A stretch of 64,000 nucleotides of DNA from Candidatus Latescibacterota bacterium (GCA_965248755.1 OZ252149.1:3840001-3904000); one strand, 5' to 3'; positions 9,774-19,960 are shown, counted from the stretch's first letter. Made by a program: numbers and translations. The notes: generated by a model from the sequence alone, not told the origin.

Positions 9774-11399
9774 CCCCCATTCGCCATATTAGACCCGAAA
9801 AATGGTTGTCAAAGTCGCCAGAACATGTTATATTACAATAAATAAGACTCATAAATGGCGGATAAATATTGATCATCCAGAGGGTGAAAGAATGAAAGTA
9901 GGTTTTGATGGAGGAATAAAGCTTGAATTTCATGGTGCAAAGGTGACATCAAACGGTGGACTTCTTGCGTATCGTGACCTTGATTACGCACTGGGATTAT
10001 TTGATTCGGTATCAGCGGTTTTTACCGATAAACGCACAGGCCGTAATATCCAACATGATATATCTACTCTCCTGCGTCAATCGATATACAGCCGTCTTGC
10101 AGGATATGAAGATGTAAATGACGCCGAGCGATTATCCGTTGATCCCGTCATGCGAGCGATTACCGGAAAGAAGGACAAAGGCAGGCAAGCTGCCAGCTCC
10201 AACACGATAGGACGTTTTGAAACTGATATACTGACTCAGCATGACAATCTCAGAAACTTGTCAGATATCAATGGCAAGTGGGTTCAAAAAGCGATGAGTA
10301 AAACACAGCATCAACGAATCATTCTGGACATGGACAGTTCGGAGAGTCCGGTACATGGCCAGCAGGAAGGATCAGCTTACAACGGTCATTTCGGATGTAC
10401 CTGTTTTCATCCAGTGTTCTGCTTCAATCAGTTCGGGGATTGTGAAGGAGTCCTACTTCGCTCTGGTAATGTTCACAGTGCTGATCGTTGGAAGGAAGTT
10501 CTGGAACCGATCGTCAAGAGATACGAGAGCAAGAAGAATAGGAAATACTTTCGAGGCGATGCTGCATTCGCAAAGCCTGAGATTTATGATTATCTGGAGG
10601 GAAACGGCTATTTGTATGCCATTCGGTTTCCCGCAAATGAGATACTCTATGAAAAGATACGATACCTGCTGACTCGGCCAGTTGGACGACCGCCGAGGAA
10701 ACCGATTGTATCGTTATATGAATTTCAATATAAAGCGGCCAGTTGGGATCAATCGAGGCGAGTGGTCGCCAAGGTTGAATGGCACCAAGGGGAGTTATTC
10801 CCAAGAGTGGGATTTATCGTGACCAACATGAGCGCCAAGCCAGAAGGCGTGGTACACTTCTACAATGGCCGTGGCAGAGCTGAGCAGTGGATTAAGGAGG
10901 GCAAGTATGCTCTGAACTGGACCCGACTCTCATGCAAGCGTTTCGTCTCCAATCAGGTGAGGCTCTGGCTGTTTGTTCTGGCTTACAACTTGGGCAACTT
11001 CCTGCGACGTTTTGTTCTTCCGAAGAAAATCAAACACTGGTCACTACGCAGCCTCCTCGTGAAATTTATCAAAATCGGAGCGAAGATTGTCAGACACAGC
11101 GGATATATTACGTTTCAAATGGCTGAGGTTGGGATAGACAAGAGGTTATTTGCCGAAATATTATCCCGGATTGAACGATTGCGATGTTATTCTGTTTAAA
11201 CTGCCACATTTTTTTGTGAGTCGATGGAGAGGTGTCTCTAATTGGAGGATTTAAACACAAAGAAAGTGATAATTCAGAGGAAAATACTATTTTAATTGAA
11301 AAAAGTACTTGTTGAAAAATGTAAAAGTGGTAATATTAATTCAGAAACAAGAATGTATCGAAATATAATCCCTCATGAATGTGATATGGGGAATGTCGG
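9774..11399 (+). mobile_element. IS1380 family insertion sequence
   Basis: IRL CCCCCATTCGCCATATTAG (9774-9792) and IRR GTGATATGGGGAATGTCGG (11381-11399) match 14/19 as inverted repeats; encodes a DDE transposase. Confidence 0.88.
9892..11199 (+). CDS. IS1380 family transposase
   Basis: GYEDVNDA, LDMDSS, HGQQEG..YNGH, RGDAAF and YNGRG.AEQWIKEGK motifs; start uncertain (frame open from 9802). Confidence 0.92.
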   Translation: MKVGFDGGIKLEFHGAKVTSNGGLLAYRDLDYALGLFDSVSAVFTDKRTGRNIQHDISTLLRQSIYSRLAGYEDVNDAERLSVDPVMRAITGKKDKGRQAASSNTIGRFETDILTQHDNLRNLSDINGKWVQKAMSKTQHQRIILDMDSSESPVHGQQEGSAYNGHFGCTCFHPVFCFNQFGDCEGVLLRSGNVHSADRWKEVLEPIVKRYESKKNRKYFRGDAAFAKPEIYDYLEGNGYLYAIRFPANEILYEKIRYLLTRPVGRPPRKPIVSLYEFQYKAASWDQSRRVVAKVEWHQGELFPRVGFIVTNMSAKPEGVVHFYNGRGRAEQWIKEGKYALNWTRLSCKRFVSNQVRLWLFVLAYNLGNFLRRFVLPKKIKHWSLRSLLVKFIKIGAKIVRHSGYITFQMAEVGIDKRLFAEILSRIERLRCYSV

Positions 11400-11850
11400 T
11401 TGTACTCTATCTTGAATTTATAAAAACTCAAAAAAGTTTTGGATGTTTTGTCTCTCTCACGTATCTATAATACGACAGTGATATAAATTTCTCATAAAGT
11501 ATTTGTAAAATAGTTGACAAATACTAAATATATGTAAAATAAATAAGATATGTCATCAAAGAAAGCTTGACAAAGCTTGGGAATTGTACTATACGTATAA
11601 CAGTTACTAACATTATCCTGATTAAGCAAAGAACTTGATGACTTCTATGCGGTGTCTTTCACGAATTCTACGTAACAGCTATAGGTAGTCCTAATTTGTT
11701 TGCTGAAAAGATACTGCTATTAACTTAAAGAACTTTCATGCCGGAAGGGGAAATAGTTTCAGGCAAAGGAAAGGAGGGAGCGAAACATCAGAAAAGAGCT
11801 CCTGTATAGCAGTTGATGGCATTGTTCTTGTAAGGAGGTGATGAAACAAA

Positions 11851-12483
11851 ATGAGAGGACGAGCAGTGAAACCTTCCACGGTTCTGGCTACGATAACTTT
11901 CGTTATCTTGGGTATCGCTGCACAAATACACGCCCAGGTGTCCGCCCCAATTATCACTAATTACGTCAGAGCGGTTGCAGTCGAACCCGGAGGGAACGCG
12001 GTCTATGTGGGTTTATACATTGCAAGGCGTATGGTCCGATTCGCATCAGAGGACGTGGGAAACGCCGACCCGCGCTCTTTGACCATAGCGATAGCCGCCA
12101 AGGACGCCTTTGACTTTCTCGGCTCCCCCGAGGGTGAACTTGCGCTCGCTCAAGCGGCAGTCTACCTTGCCACAGCCCCTAAGAGCAATTCTGTATACTC
12201 CGCATATCAGATGGCCCAGGAAGACGTCCAAAAAAGTCCCTCTTTGCCCGTCCCTCTCCACATTCGCAACGCCCCTACGCAACTTATGAAAGAACTCGGA
12301 TACGGAAAGGGCTACAAATACGCCCACGATTCTGAGGAAAGCTACATAGCTCAGGAATATCTGCCCGACAATCTGGCAGGTGCCAAGTACTACTACCCCA
12401 CAGAACACGGATACGAAAAGAAGATAACGGAAATGATGAAATGGTGGGAGAGCCTTAAGCAGTCAGTAGACAGGAGTCAGTAG
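11851..12483 (+). CDS. Chimeric ORF: foreign signal-peptide N-terminus fused to RarA C-terminal domain
   Basis: AAGGAGG upstream; MRGRAVK + hydrophobic stretch + IHA-Q cleavage-like site, continuing in frame into YIARRMVRFASEDVG. Confidence 0.6.
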   Translation: MRGRAVKPSTVLATITFVILGIAAQIHAQVSAPIITNYVRAVAVEPGGNAVYVGLYIARRMVRFASEDVGNADPRSLTIAIAAKDAFDFLGSPEGELALAQAAVYLATAPKSNSVYSAYQMAQEDVQKSPSLPVPLHIRNAPTQLMKELGYGKGYKYAHDSEESYIAQEYLPDNLAGAKYYYPTEHGYEKKITEMMKWWESLKQSVDRSQ

Positions 12484-12484
12484 C

Positions 12485-12505
12485 CCCCGATTGAATCTAT
12501 CGGGG
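12485..12505. repeat. 21-bp palindrome CCCCGATTGAATCTATCGGGG (family A; representative copy)
   Basis: Exact or variant copies near 12485, 22399, 26457, 27224, 27989, 28842, 31674, 43029, 46596, 53800. Confidence 0.9.
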
Positions 12506-12663
12506 CTAGACAGGGCACCGCCTACCATCCCCCTTTCCTAAGAAGACATCAGTTTTTCCTCTTCAACTTTCGCAGGAAATTGTAGGGGCGAGGTCCCCTC
12601 GCGCCAAGGACTGGGTCTCCCAGCCCCTACGAAACGTTGCTTGGAACAGGAGCACGAGGTAAA

Positions 12664-13719
12664 TTGCTCGTATCCGAATTCGACTACTATCTGCCGCAAG
12701 GACTCATCGCTCAATATCCCTTAGTGGAGCGGGGCGAATCCAGACTGATCGTCGTGGACAGGCAGCGCAAAAGCATAGATCACAGGCACTTCAAGGATAT
12801 AGTGGACTACATAAATCCAGGTGATTGTCTCGTCATCAACGATATAAAGGTCCTCCTGGCTCGGCTGATAGGAAAGAGAGTTGTCACAGGGGGCAAGATC
12901 GAAATTCTACTTCTGAAGAGATTGTCGGAATCTCCGCCCACCTGGTCGGTACTGGCAAAGCCAGGAAGGTTAGCCAGATTGAACGCTCAATTTGCCTTCG
13001 GGGAGAAAGATAACGCTCTAACTGGGGAAATTGTGGAGATCCAGCCGGACGGAATCAGGACTATGCGATTTGAATGTACAGGATCGTTTGAGCAGAAATT
13101 AGCTCAAATTGGACAGGTCCCGCTCCCTCCTTACATAAAAAGATCCTCTCCTTATGATCAGGACTTTCAAAGATACCAGACCGTCTACGCAAAAGTGGAG
13201 GGAGCAATCGCTGCTCCTACTGCCGGACTGCACTTCACAGATCATATCCTCGATAGAATAAGAAACAAGGGCGCATCTGTAGTCCCCCTAACCCTGCACG
13301 TTGGACTCGGTACGTTTGCACCCGTGAAGACAGAAAGAGTGGAAGACCACACGATGCACGAAGAGAAGTACCAGGTCTTGGAAGACGCCGCAACTATTAT
13401 CAATCGTAGAAAGGGAAAGGTCTTCGCCGTGGGTACGACTGTGCTCAGGACGCTGGAGTCAACATCCCACTGTGACGGATCTGTCCACCCCGGATCAGGA
13501 GAGACGGACTTATTTATCTATCCGGGCTATAAGTTTAAGGTCGCAGACGCTCTCTTGACGAACTTTCACCTCCCCAAGACCACTCTCCTTATGCTAGTCT
13601 GCGCCTTTGGTGGTGCGACCACTCCGTGTGGAAAAGATCTTATTTTCAAGGCCTACGAGGAGGCTATAGAGGAAAGATATAGATTTTACTCCTACGGAGA
13701 CGCCATGCTGATCGTGTGA
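12664..13719 (+). CDS. queA: S-adenosylmethionine:tRNA ribosyltransferase-isomerase
   Basis: FDYYLP..LIAQ, PLPPYI, AAPTAGLHF, TNFHLP, YRFYSYGDAM. Confidence 0.96.
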   Translation: MLVSEFDYYLPQGLIAQYPLVERGESRLIVVDRQRKSIDHRHFKDIVDYINPGDCLVINDIKVLLARLIGKRVVTGGKIEILLLKRLSESPPTWSVLAKPGRLARLNAQFAFGEKDNALTGEIVEIQPDGIRTMRFECTGSFEQKLAQIGQVPLPPYIKRSSPYDQDFQRYQTVYAKVEGAIAAPTAGLHFTDHILDRIRNKGASVVPLTLHVGLGTFAPVKTERVEDHTMHEEKYQVLEDAATIINRRKGKVFAVGTTVLRTLESTSHCDGSVHPGSGETDLFIYPGYKFKVADALLTNFHLPKTTLLMLVCAFGGATTPCGKDLIFKAYEEAIEERYRFYSYGDAMLIV

Positions 13720-13722
13720 TCG

Positions 13723-14457
13723 CTACCCTGTCTTTCCGAAGTTGTCCAGAAAGATCACAAAGTCGGACAGTCCGATCTCTCCATTACCATCTAAATCAAA
13801 TTTAGGATCCCAATTAGCCGAATCAGTCGTTGTCCCGAAAGCATCCAAGAAGAGGACAAAATCTGAAAGACCTACTTCCTTGTTCCCGTCAAAATCTCCT
13901 ATAAGCGAAGTGGAAGAAGGCTGGTTGGCCTGCCCTAATGTCGGCTCAGCGACTACCCAGTCTGACGATTGATGGGGGAAGTTCCCATCTCCTACATACT
14001 GAATAGACTGTCCGGTCGGAACACTTGTGGGATCGATCGTATCTGAGGAACTCGCCCATTTGCCGCCGGACACCGCCTCGGACGTCCTCTTAAACAAGGG
14101 AGATCCCCACTTCACGTAATCGAGCACAGAAGAGGGGTTGGAAAAAGAGCCGTCCCGATAGTAAGCCACATCCTGGTTTGACAGGTCCAGCGTTGATGGA
14201 GCGTCGATTACCGCAAATCCCAGAGGAGGTACTACAGTACCGCTGGATATCGACCGATAGCTCTGATTCATACAGAGCCACTGTCCTCCGATGTCAGCGG
14301 AATTATCGGGATCGTCGTTGAAAAACTCTATCTTCTGCGTCCCATCCGAAGATTTAAAGAGCACCTCGTTGATTCTGACGCCCGCATTAAGTTCAGCCAA
14401 AAACGCGAACACAGCCAACACGGTGACAAATACTGACAGCAATCTTTTCATTCTCAT
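13723..14457 (-). CDS. Secreted lamin-tail-domain protein with C-terminal dockerin/EF-hand-like repeat
   Basis: Signal peptide, VRINEV...IEFFN, PTLG..N, and duplicated GDFDGN.EVGLSDF / DLDGNGEIGLSDF. Confidence 0.7.
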   Translation of the reverse strand: MRMKRLLSVFVTVLAVFAFLAELNAGVRINEVLFKSSDGTQKIEFFNDDPDNSADIGGQWLCMNQSYRSISSGTVVPPLGFAVIDAPSTLDLSNQDVAYYRDGSFSNPSSVLDYVKWGSPLFKRTSEAVSGGKWASSSDTIDPTSVPTGQSIQYVGDGNFPHQSSDWVVAEPTLGQANQPSSTSLIGDFDGNKEVGLSDFVLFLDAFGTTTDSANWDPKFDLDGNGEIGLSDFVIFLDNFGKTG

Positions 14458-14813
14458 CCCCCTTCATTGATTGAGAACTGCTATTTTGTTCTATTGATCC
14501 GATAAAATTTATCGTAAGATTCCGATAACAGACCTCCTTGCCTATTACCTGCAGTCGAGTTTGAACAAAACGCACCAAGTATGGCAGACTTGAACTTGGA
14601 AATCAACTAAGATTGGTAACTTCCGGTGTTAGTAACCGCAAGACCATAGGAACTATGTTTCTTGAGACGCATTATGCCGAAAAACGTTGCGTACATAGAG
14701 CGGACTGATAAGTCTCAGGAATGGCTTGAGCTACGATTTCCAGTTGATCACAGCAGAGGATTGGGGAGAGGTGCAAGGGTCTCTGTAACGTTTGTCGAGG
14801 TTGTTCGCACGGA

Positions 14814-15824
14814 CTACCTTCTGGAAGGAGACGCCAGTTCTGAGGATTGCGATTCGAGCTGCTTTCTCATCTTGACATAGCTTTCGTACCGCCGTCTGTC
14901 GATCTTTTCTGACTCTGTTGCTTCTTTTATGGAGCAGCCGGGCTCGTGGACGTGCGAGCAGTTTCTCTGGAACCTGCAAAGTCCTATGTATTCTCTCATC
15001 TCAGGGAAGAGATATGCCGCATCGTTTTCATCCACGTTCCACAGATTCAGATCTCTTAGTCCCGGCGTATCTATGATCATCCCTCCGAAGTCCAGGTTTA
15101 GGAGTTCCACGTGCGTGGTGGTGTGTTTTCCGGTACCTGTGCCCTTGCTTATCTCCTGTACTCTCAAGCCGAGCCCGGGTTGAATAGTGTTCAGGAGGGT
15201 GGATTTGCCCACACCTGACGGTCCCAGGAGGGCTGAAAGCCCTCCCTCGAGGGCGCTTATAAAATCATCCAAGCCCCTCTTTTCCAGTGCGCTGGCATAG
15301 ACGATTCTGTAACCTATTTTATTGTATACTTGCATTTTCCTTTTAAATTCCGCTTCGTCCACCAGATCCATCTTGTTCAAGCATATAACTACATCCATTT
15401 CTTCCAGCTCGGACGCAGCCAGTAATTTGTCGAGCATCCAGAAGTTCAAAGGAGGGGCATCCGCTGAGAAGACCGGCACCACCTGATCCACGTTGGCCAC
15501 GATAATCTGTTCAACTTGCCTCCGTCCGGAAGCCTGGCGCGAAAGTTTGGATTTCCTGGGCAGGACTTCCACTATCATCCCTCTGTCGTCATTCTTGTAG
15601 CTGAACCTTACCTTGTCCCCCACGCAGACAGGATCCACAGCTCTTATTCCCCTTACGGAATCCACAGCAGGACGACGCGATCCGGGGGCCGCTTCAGGAT
15701 ACTTGAGCACTTTCCTGAGCTTGCTGGAAATGGAACAGACCACAACTTCATCACAGCTCTGAACAAAATAGCGAGCGGCCTTTTCCTTGACTACAGTTCC
15801 TATCCTTATGTCTGTGGTCAACAT
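14814..15824 (-). CDS. rsgA: Ribosome small subunit-dependent GTPase A
   Basis: NKMDL, GPSGVGKS, GKHTTT, DTPG and Zn motif CRF..CSH.HEPGC. Confidence 0.94.
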   Translation of the reverse strand: MLTTDIRIGTVVKEKAARYFVQSCDEVVVCSISSKLRKVLKYPEAAPGSRRPAVDSVRGIRAVDPVCVGDKVRFSYKNDDRGMIVEVLPRKSKLSRQASGRRQVEQIIVANVDQVVPVFSADAPPLNFWMLDKLLAASELEEMDVVICLNKMDLVDEAEFKRKMQVYNKIGYRIVYASALEKRGLDDFISALEGGLSALLGPSGVGKSTLLNTIQPGLGLRVQEISKGTGTGKHTTTHVELLNLDFGGMIIDTPGLRDLNLWNVDENDAAYLFPEMREYIGLCRFQRNCSHVHEPGCSIKEATESEKIDRRRYESYVKMRKQLESQSSELASPSRR

Positions 15825-16025
15825 GCCTCAAGATACAACAAAGAACCGCCGATTTTATCAGCGGCTCTATTTGAAAAGGTTGGGTCTTGAGCTACTATCT
15901 GTCGGGATCGCTTTACTTAAATGACGTTGCCTGACCCTTCACTTGGTAGCGCACCAGGAATGTCTATCCTGCCGACTGGTAGCTCAGTCGTTGCTGTCTG
16001 ATAAGCAGTATAAGTTGCCTACTTA

Positions 16026-16583
16026 TTAAACCTCCATGATCTCATCTTCTTTAGCGTTGAGAACCTGGTCTATCTTCTTGATGTACTCATTCGTAAGCTC
16101 TTGCATAGTTTCTTGGGCTCTATGGCTGTCGTCCTCGGAGATCTCTCCTTCCTTATGAGCCTCTTTAAGCATCTCGTTGCCGTCTCTCCTGGCATTCCTG
16201 ATGGAGACTCTGCCTTCTTCAGCTATCTTCTTGGCGAGACGCACCAAGTCCTTTCGGCGTTCTTGAGTCAACGGCGGAATAGAAAGTCGAACGATCTTCC
16301 CGTCGTTAGAGGGATTGAGACCCAGATCTGATGCCAGGATCGCCTTTTCTATGACAGTTATCACATTAGGGTCCCAGGGTTGGATAGCCAGCAATCTGGG
16401 TTCAGGGACACCGATGCTCGCCATCTGATTCAACGGCGTGGATGTGCCATAGTAATCCACCTTGATACCGTCCAGGAGGGACGTCGTGGCTCTGCCTGTG
16501 CGTATAGATGCCATCTCGCGCCGGGTTGCTTCTACGGCCTTTTCCATGTCCTCTTCGGCCTGTGCGCGAATCTCATCTATCAT
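16026..16583 (-). CDS. frr: Ribosome recycling factor
   Basis: [23 protein letters not shown]; pyrH-frr synteny. Confidence 0.97.
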   Translation of the reverse strand: MIDEIRAQAEEDMEKAVEATRREMASIRTGRATTSLLDGIKVDYYGTSTPLNQMASIGVPEPRLLAIQPWDPNVITVIEKAILASDLGLNPSNDGKIVRLSIPPLTQERRKDLVRLAKKIAEEGRVSIRNARRDGNEMLKEAHKEGEISEDDSHRAQETMQELTNEYIKKIDQVLNAKEDEIMEV

Positions 16584-17302
16584 GTGTCATCCTCCTCCGT
16601 GACAAGTGTTCCTATGCGCTCTCCTTTTACCGCTTTGATTAGATTTCCAGACCCCTTGAGATTGAAAACGACTATGGGAAGGTCATTATCCATACACAGT
16701 GAAATGGCTGTGGCGTCCATAACTTTGAGCCTCTTTTCAAGGGCTTCTATGTATGTAAGTCGGTCGTATTTTTGCGCCGAAGGTTCTATTTTAGGGTCTT
16801 TATCATAGACGCCATCCACGTCTGTGGCTTTCAGGATGATCTGGGCCTCGATTTCGAGGGCGCGAAGGACGGCGGCAGTATCTGTGCTAAAGTAGGGATG
16901 ACCAGTTCCGGCGGCCATAATTACTATGCGCCCTTTTTCAAGGTGTCGGATGGCTCTTCTCCTTATGTAGGGTTCTGCAATGGCTTCCATCCTGATAGCG
17001 GTCATCACTCTGGTAAAGATGCCTATGCTTTCGAGCATGCCCTGCAAAGCGATGGCGTTAATTACGGTGCCGAGCATGCCCATCGTGTCCCCCGATGCGC
17101 GATCTATACCGTCCCCGGCCTCAGTCCCCCTGAATATGTTGCCTCCACCGATGACAATTCCTACTTCAACGTCTGATTCCACCACAGCCACCATCTCCTG
17201 TGAGATGGCTCGCAGAACCTTGGGATCTATTCCGCATGATCTATCTCCCGCTAGGGCTTCCCCGCTGAGTTTGATCAGGATCCTTTTGCATTTGTCGTCC
17301 AA
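16580..17302 (-). CDS. pyrH: Uridylate kinase
   Basis: [33 protein letters not shown]; probable TTG start. Confidence 0.96.
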   Translation of the reverse strand: MDDKCKRILIKLSGEALAGDRSCGIDPKVLRAISQEMVAVVESDVEVGIVIGGGNIFRGTEAGDGIDRASGDTMGMLGTVINAIALQGMLESIGIFTRVMTAIRMEAIAEPYIRRRAIRHLEKGRIVIMAAGTGHPYFSTDTAAVLRALEIEAQIILKATDVDGVYDKDPKIEPSAQKYDRLTYIEALEKRLKVMDATAISLCMDNDLPIVVFNLKGSGNLIKAVKGERIGTLVTEEDDT

Positions 17303-17318
17303 GGTTTTCGAGTGTCCC

Positions 17319-17918
17319 CTATCCTTCTTCGCCCAGTTCAAAGCGGGTGAATCTTGTAATACTTATATTTTCTCCAGTCTTGGATATAAGCTCGATCAAA
17401 ATGTCGTTGATCGTCCTGTCCTCGTCCTTGACGAAAGGCTGTTCTAATAGCACAGATTCCCGATAGAACTTTTCGAGTTTGCCTTCCAAAATCCTGTCTA
17501 TCGCCTTTTCCGGTTTACCTTCGCTTCTTACCTGGGTCTCGTATATTTGTCTTTCTCTTTCCACTATGTCCTGGGCAAGATCCTCCCTTGACACGGAAAG
17601 AGGCTTCATAGCGGCTACTTGTATTGCCACATCTTTTGTGAAGGTCTTAAAATCGTCTGTCCTGGCTACAAAATCGGTCTCACAGGAGACCTCCAGCAGG
17701 ACTCCGAGTCTATCTCCGTGATGTATGTACGCGGTCACAATCCCTTCTCTTGTCTTTCTTCCTGCCTTCGCGGCGGCCTTTGCAATTCCCTTTTCCCTCA
17801 GATAGTCTATAGCTTTTTCCATATCTCCATTAGTCTCTTGGAGGGAACTCTTGCAGTCCATCATTCCGGCTCCGGTCCTCTCCCGGAGTTCCTTCACCAT
17901 CGCAACAGTTATCTCCAT
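17319..17918 (-). CDS. tsf: Elongation factor Ts (short form)
   Basis: [31 protein letters not shown]. Confidence 0.96.
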   Translation of the reverse strand: MEITVAMVKELRERTGAGMMDCKSSLQETNGDMEKAIDYLREKGIAKAAAKAGRKTREGIVTAYIHHGDRLGVLLEVSCETDFVARTDDFKTFTKDVAIQVAAMKPLSVSREDLAQDIVERERQIYETQVRSEGKPEKAIDRILEGKLEKFYRESVLLEQPFVKDEDRTINDILIELISKTGENISITRFTRFELGEEG

Positions 17919-18211
17919 CGCTGTCGGTTCTCCTAACAATACCTTATATCAATCAGGATGTATTCTACGTTTATACATAAATACGGCGGCTCCATGTGAG
18001 CCCGCTATCCTTCCGTGTTGCAGCGTCCACCTCCCGTCGGCTGAGCATCCTTGATGATGAAATAACTCATCAGGTCGAACATATCCATTTTTTCATCGGT
18101 CATGACACACGTACACTTGTCTGGTTCAAGAAATGTGTGCTGTCCTTTTGCCCTGATGTTGAAAGCTGAGCACCAGCCAGGCCGAAAGCCCGCTGTTACT
18201 GTTCAGAGTCT

Positions 18212-18937
18212 TTACTCTTCTTGTCCGTTCTCTCCTTCTTCTTGTTCGGCTACGATAGAGCTCTGAGCCTCCATCACAGCCTCTGAGATTGTGCCCGTAA
18301 TAAGGCTGATGGAGCGTATAGCATCGTCATTTCCTGGGATAGGACAATCTATCAGGTCAGGATCGCAGTTGGTGTCCACGATGGCGACGACTGGGATCTC
18401 AAGCTTCTTTGCTTCCAGGACAGCGATCCTTTCTTTTTTTGTATCCACAACGAAGACTAGACCCGGAAGTCGCCCCATGTCTCTGATGCCTCCCAGTGCC
18501 CGCTGAAGTTTAGCTCTTTCCTTTTCAAGTCCTAGGACTTCCTTCTTGGTCAGTTTCTCGTACGTCCCATCCTCGCTTGTTCTGTCGACTTCACGCAGTC
18601 TTTTTATACTCTTTTGGATAGTCGCAAAGTTAGTAAGCGTCCCTCCCAACCAGCGTTGAGAGACGTAGAACATTCCGCACCGTTCTGACTGTTCCTTAAT
18701 TATATCAGCAGACTGCTTCTTGGTTCCAACAAAGAGAATGGGTTCAGATCTTTGGACCGTGTCTCTTACAATTTGGCAGGCTTGTTCGATCTTTTGAAGA
18801 GTTTTTTGAAGGTCAATTATGTAAATTCCGTTCCTTTCACTGAAGATGTACTTTTTCATTTTGGGATTCCACCTTCGGGTTTGGTGCCCGAAATGGACTC
18901 CCGATTCGAGAAGATCCTTGATGCTTACTGTGGACAT
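18212..18937 (-). CDS. rpsB: 30S ribosomal protein S2
   Basis: [33 protein letters not shown]. Confidence 0.97.
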   Translation of the reverse strand: MSTVSIKDLLESGVHFGHQTRRWNPKMKKYIFSERNGIYIIDLQKTLQKIEQACQIVRDTVQRSEPILFVGTKKQSADIIKEQSERCGMFYVSQRWLGGTLTNFATIQKSIKRLREVDRTSEDGTYEKLTKKEVLGLEKERAKLQRALGGIRDMGRLPGLVFVVDTKKERIAVLEAKKLEIPVVAIVDTNCDPDLIDCPIPGNDDAIRSISLITGTISEAVMEAQSSIVAEQEEGENGQEE

Positions 18938-18939
18938 AG

Positions 18940-19112
18940 GCAATTTCCTTCCTCTGCGTCGGTTGTACCTTCGCCTTTTTCATCCCTTTGTGAGACTCGC
19001 AAGTCCTTGGACAGACAGAAATGTGTCTCAAACCAACCGATGGGTGAGACATTCCTGTCTGACGTTATCAACTTTGAGCACCGTCACAACAGTCAAAAGA
19101 CGTGTGTAGTAT
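18940..19112 (-). promoter_or_regulatory. Probable S2 autoregulatory leader (t44-like)
   Basis: Position in the rpsB 5' UTR; ACACACG start motif and internal inverted repeats (TGTCTCA/TGAGACA). Confidence 0.4.
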
Positions 19113-19120
19113 TAGATAAT

Positions 19121-19513
19121 CTATCTCTTGGAAAACTGGAATCTCTTTCGTGCTCCAGCCATCCCGTATTTTTTCCTTTCGACCATACGGGGATCCCTGG
19201 TTAGAAATCCGGCGGATTTTAGGGTGGGCCTTAGTTTCTCATCGTACTGAATAAGGGCCCGGGCTATCCCCAGGCGGGCGGCTCCAGCCTGACCCGATAG
19301 TCCCCCACCTCTGGTTCTTATGTTGATGTCAAATCTATCGGACGTTTCGGTGTGCTTAAGGGGCTGCTGCAGAACCATAACGAGGGTTTCCCGGCCAAAA
19401 TACTCGTTCATATCGCGGCCGTTGACAGTTATCTTGCCCTTCCCGTCCTGCATCCGAACAGAAGCTACGGCTTCTTTTCTCCTACCTGTAGCCAAAAATG
19501 CGTCTTTAGCCAA
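19121..19513 (-). CDS. rpsI: 30S ribosomal protein S9
   Basis: [21 protein letters not shown]...QFSKR. Confidence 0.97.
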   Translation of the reverse strand: MAKDAFLATGRRKEAVASVRMQDGKGKITVNGRDMNEYFGRETLVMVLQQPLKHTETSDRFDINIRTRGGGLSGQAGAARLGIARALIQYDEKLRPTLKSAGFLTRDPRMVERKKYGMAGARKRFQFSKR

Positions 19514-19540
19514 TTAGTCCGCTACCTCCTCTCCGTTTCG

Positions 19541-19960
19541 TTATATATCCATAGGTTGAGGATTTTGAGCTCTATGAGGATGATCAGGTCCAGCATAAAC
19601 TCTCAGTTTTCTGAACATATTTCTGCCCAGGACATTGTGTGGGAGCATCCCTTTGATCGCTTTCTCCAGGACCCGCTCGGGCTTCTCCTTGATGAGTCTC
19701 TCGTAAGAAATAGATTTCAGCCCGCCGGGGTAGCCTGTATGCCAATAGTACTTTTTCTTCTGTGCTTTATTTCCGGTGACTCTTACCTTCTCTGCGTTTA
19801 TGATTATGATGTGATCGCCCACATCTGTATGCGGAGAATAGATAGGTTTGTGCTTTCCCTTTAGAGTAGCTGCCACTCTGCTGGCAAATCTTCCGAGCAC
19901 TTTGCCGCTGGCATCAGCCACGTACCATCTCTTTTCGACTGTTTCTGACTTGACATGCAT
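19541..19960 (-). CDS. rplM: 50S ribosomal protein L13
   Basis: WYVADA...LGR, GKHKP, HTGYPGG, GMLP, HPHRAQ. Confidence 0.97.
   Translation of the reverse strand: MHVKSETVEKRWYVADASGKVLGRFASRVAATLKGKHKPIYSPHTDVGDHIIIINAEKVRVTGNKAQKKKYYWHTGYPGGLKSISYERLIKEKPERVLEKAIKGMLPHNVLGRNMFRKLRVYAGPDHPHRAQNPQPMDI

Larger units (their letters stand above)
9774..12011 (+). mobile_element. IS1380 transposition unit (IS plus 612 bp captured passenger DNA)
   Basis: Flanked by direct repeat TTTAT (9769-9773 and 12012-12016); ends in ATGTGGG, resembling the IRR terminus ATGTCGG. Confidence 0.8.
8900..12483 (+). pseudogene. rarA: Replication-associated recombination protein A (MgsA/RarA), interrupted
   Basis: 5' part 8900-9773 (PLADRMRP, GPPGTGKTT, DEIHR ... 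GEDPL) and 3' part 12017-12483 (YIARRMVRFASEDVG...VPLHIRNAPT...GYKYAHD); joining them restores GEDPLYIARR in frame. Confidence 0.93.

Noticed and set aside
9774..12011. Intron or intein in rarA
   Set aside because: Contains a DDE transposase, terminal inverted repeats and a target duplication; no RT, splicing or intein motifs
18060..18100. Hammerhead ribozyme (CTGATGA on minus strand)
   Set aside because: No correctly placed stem II and GAAA
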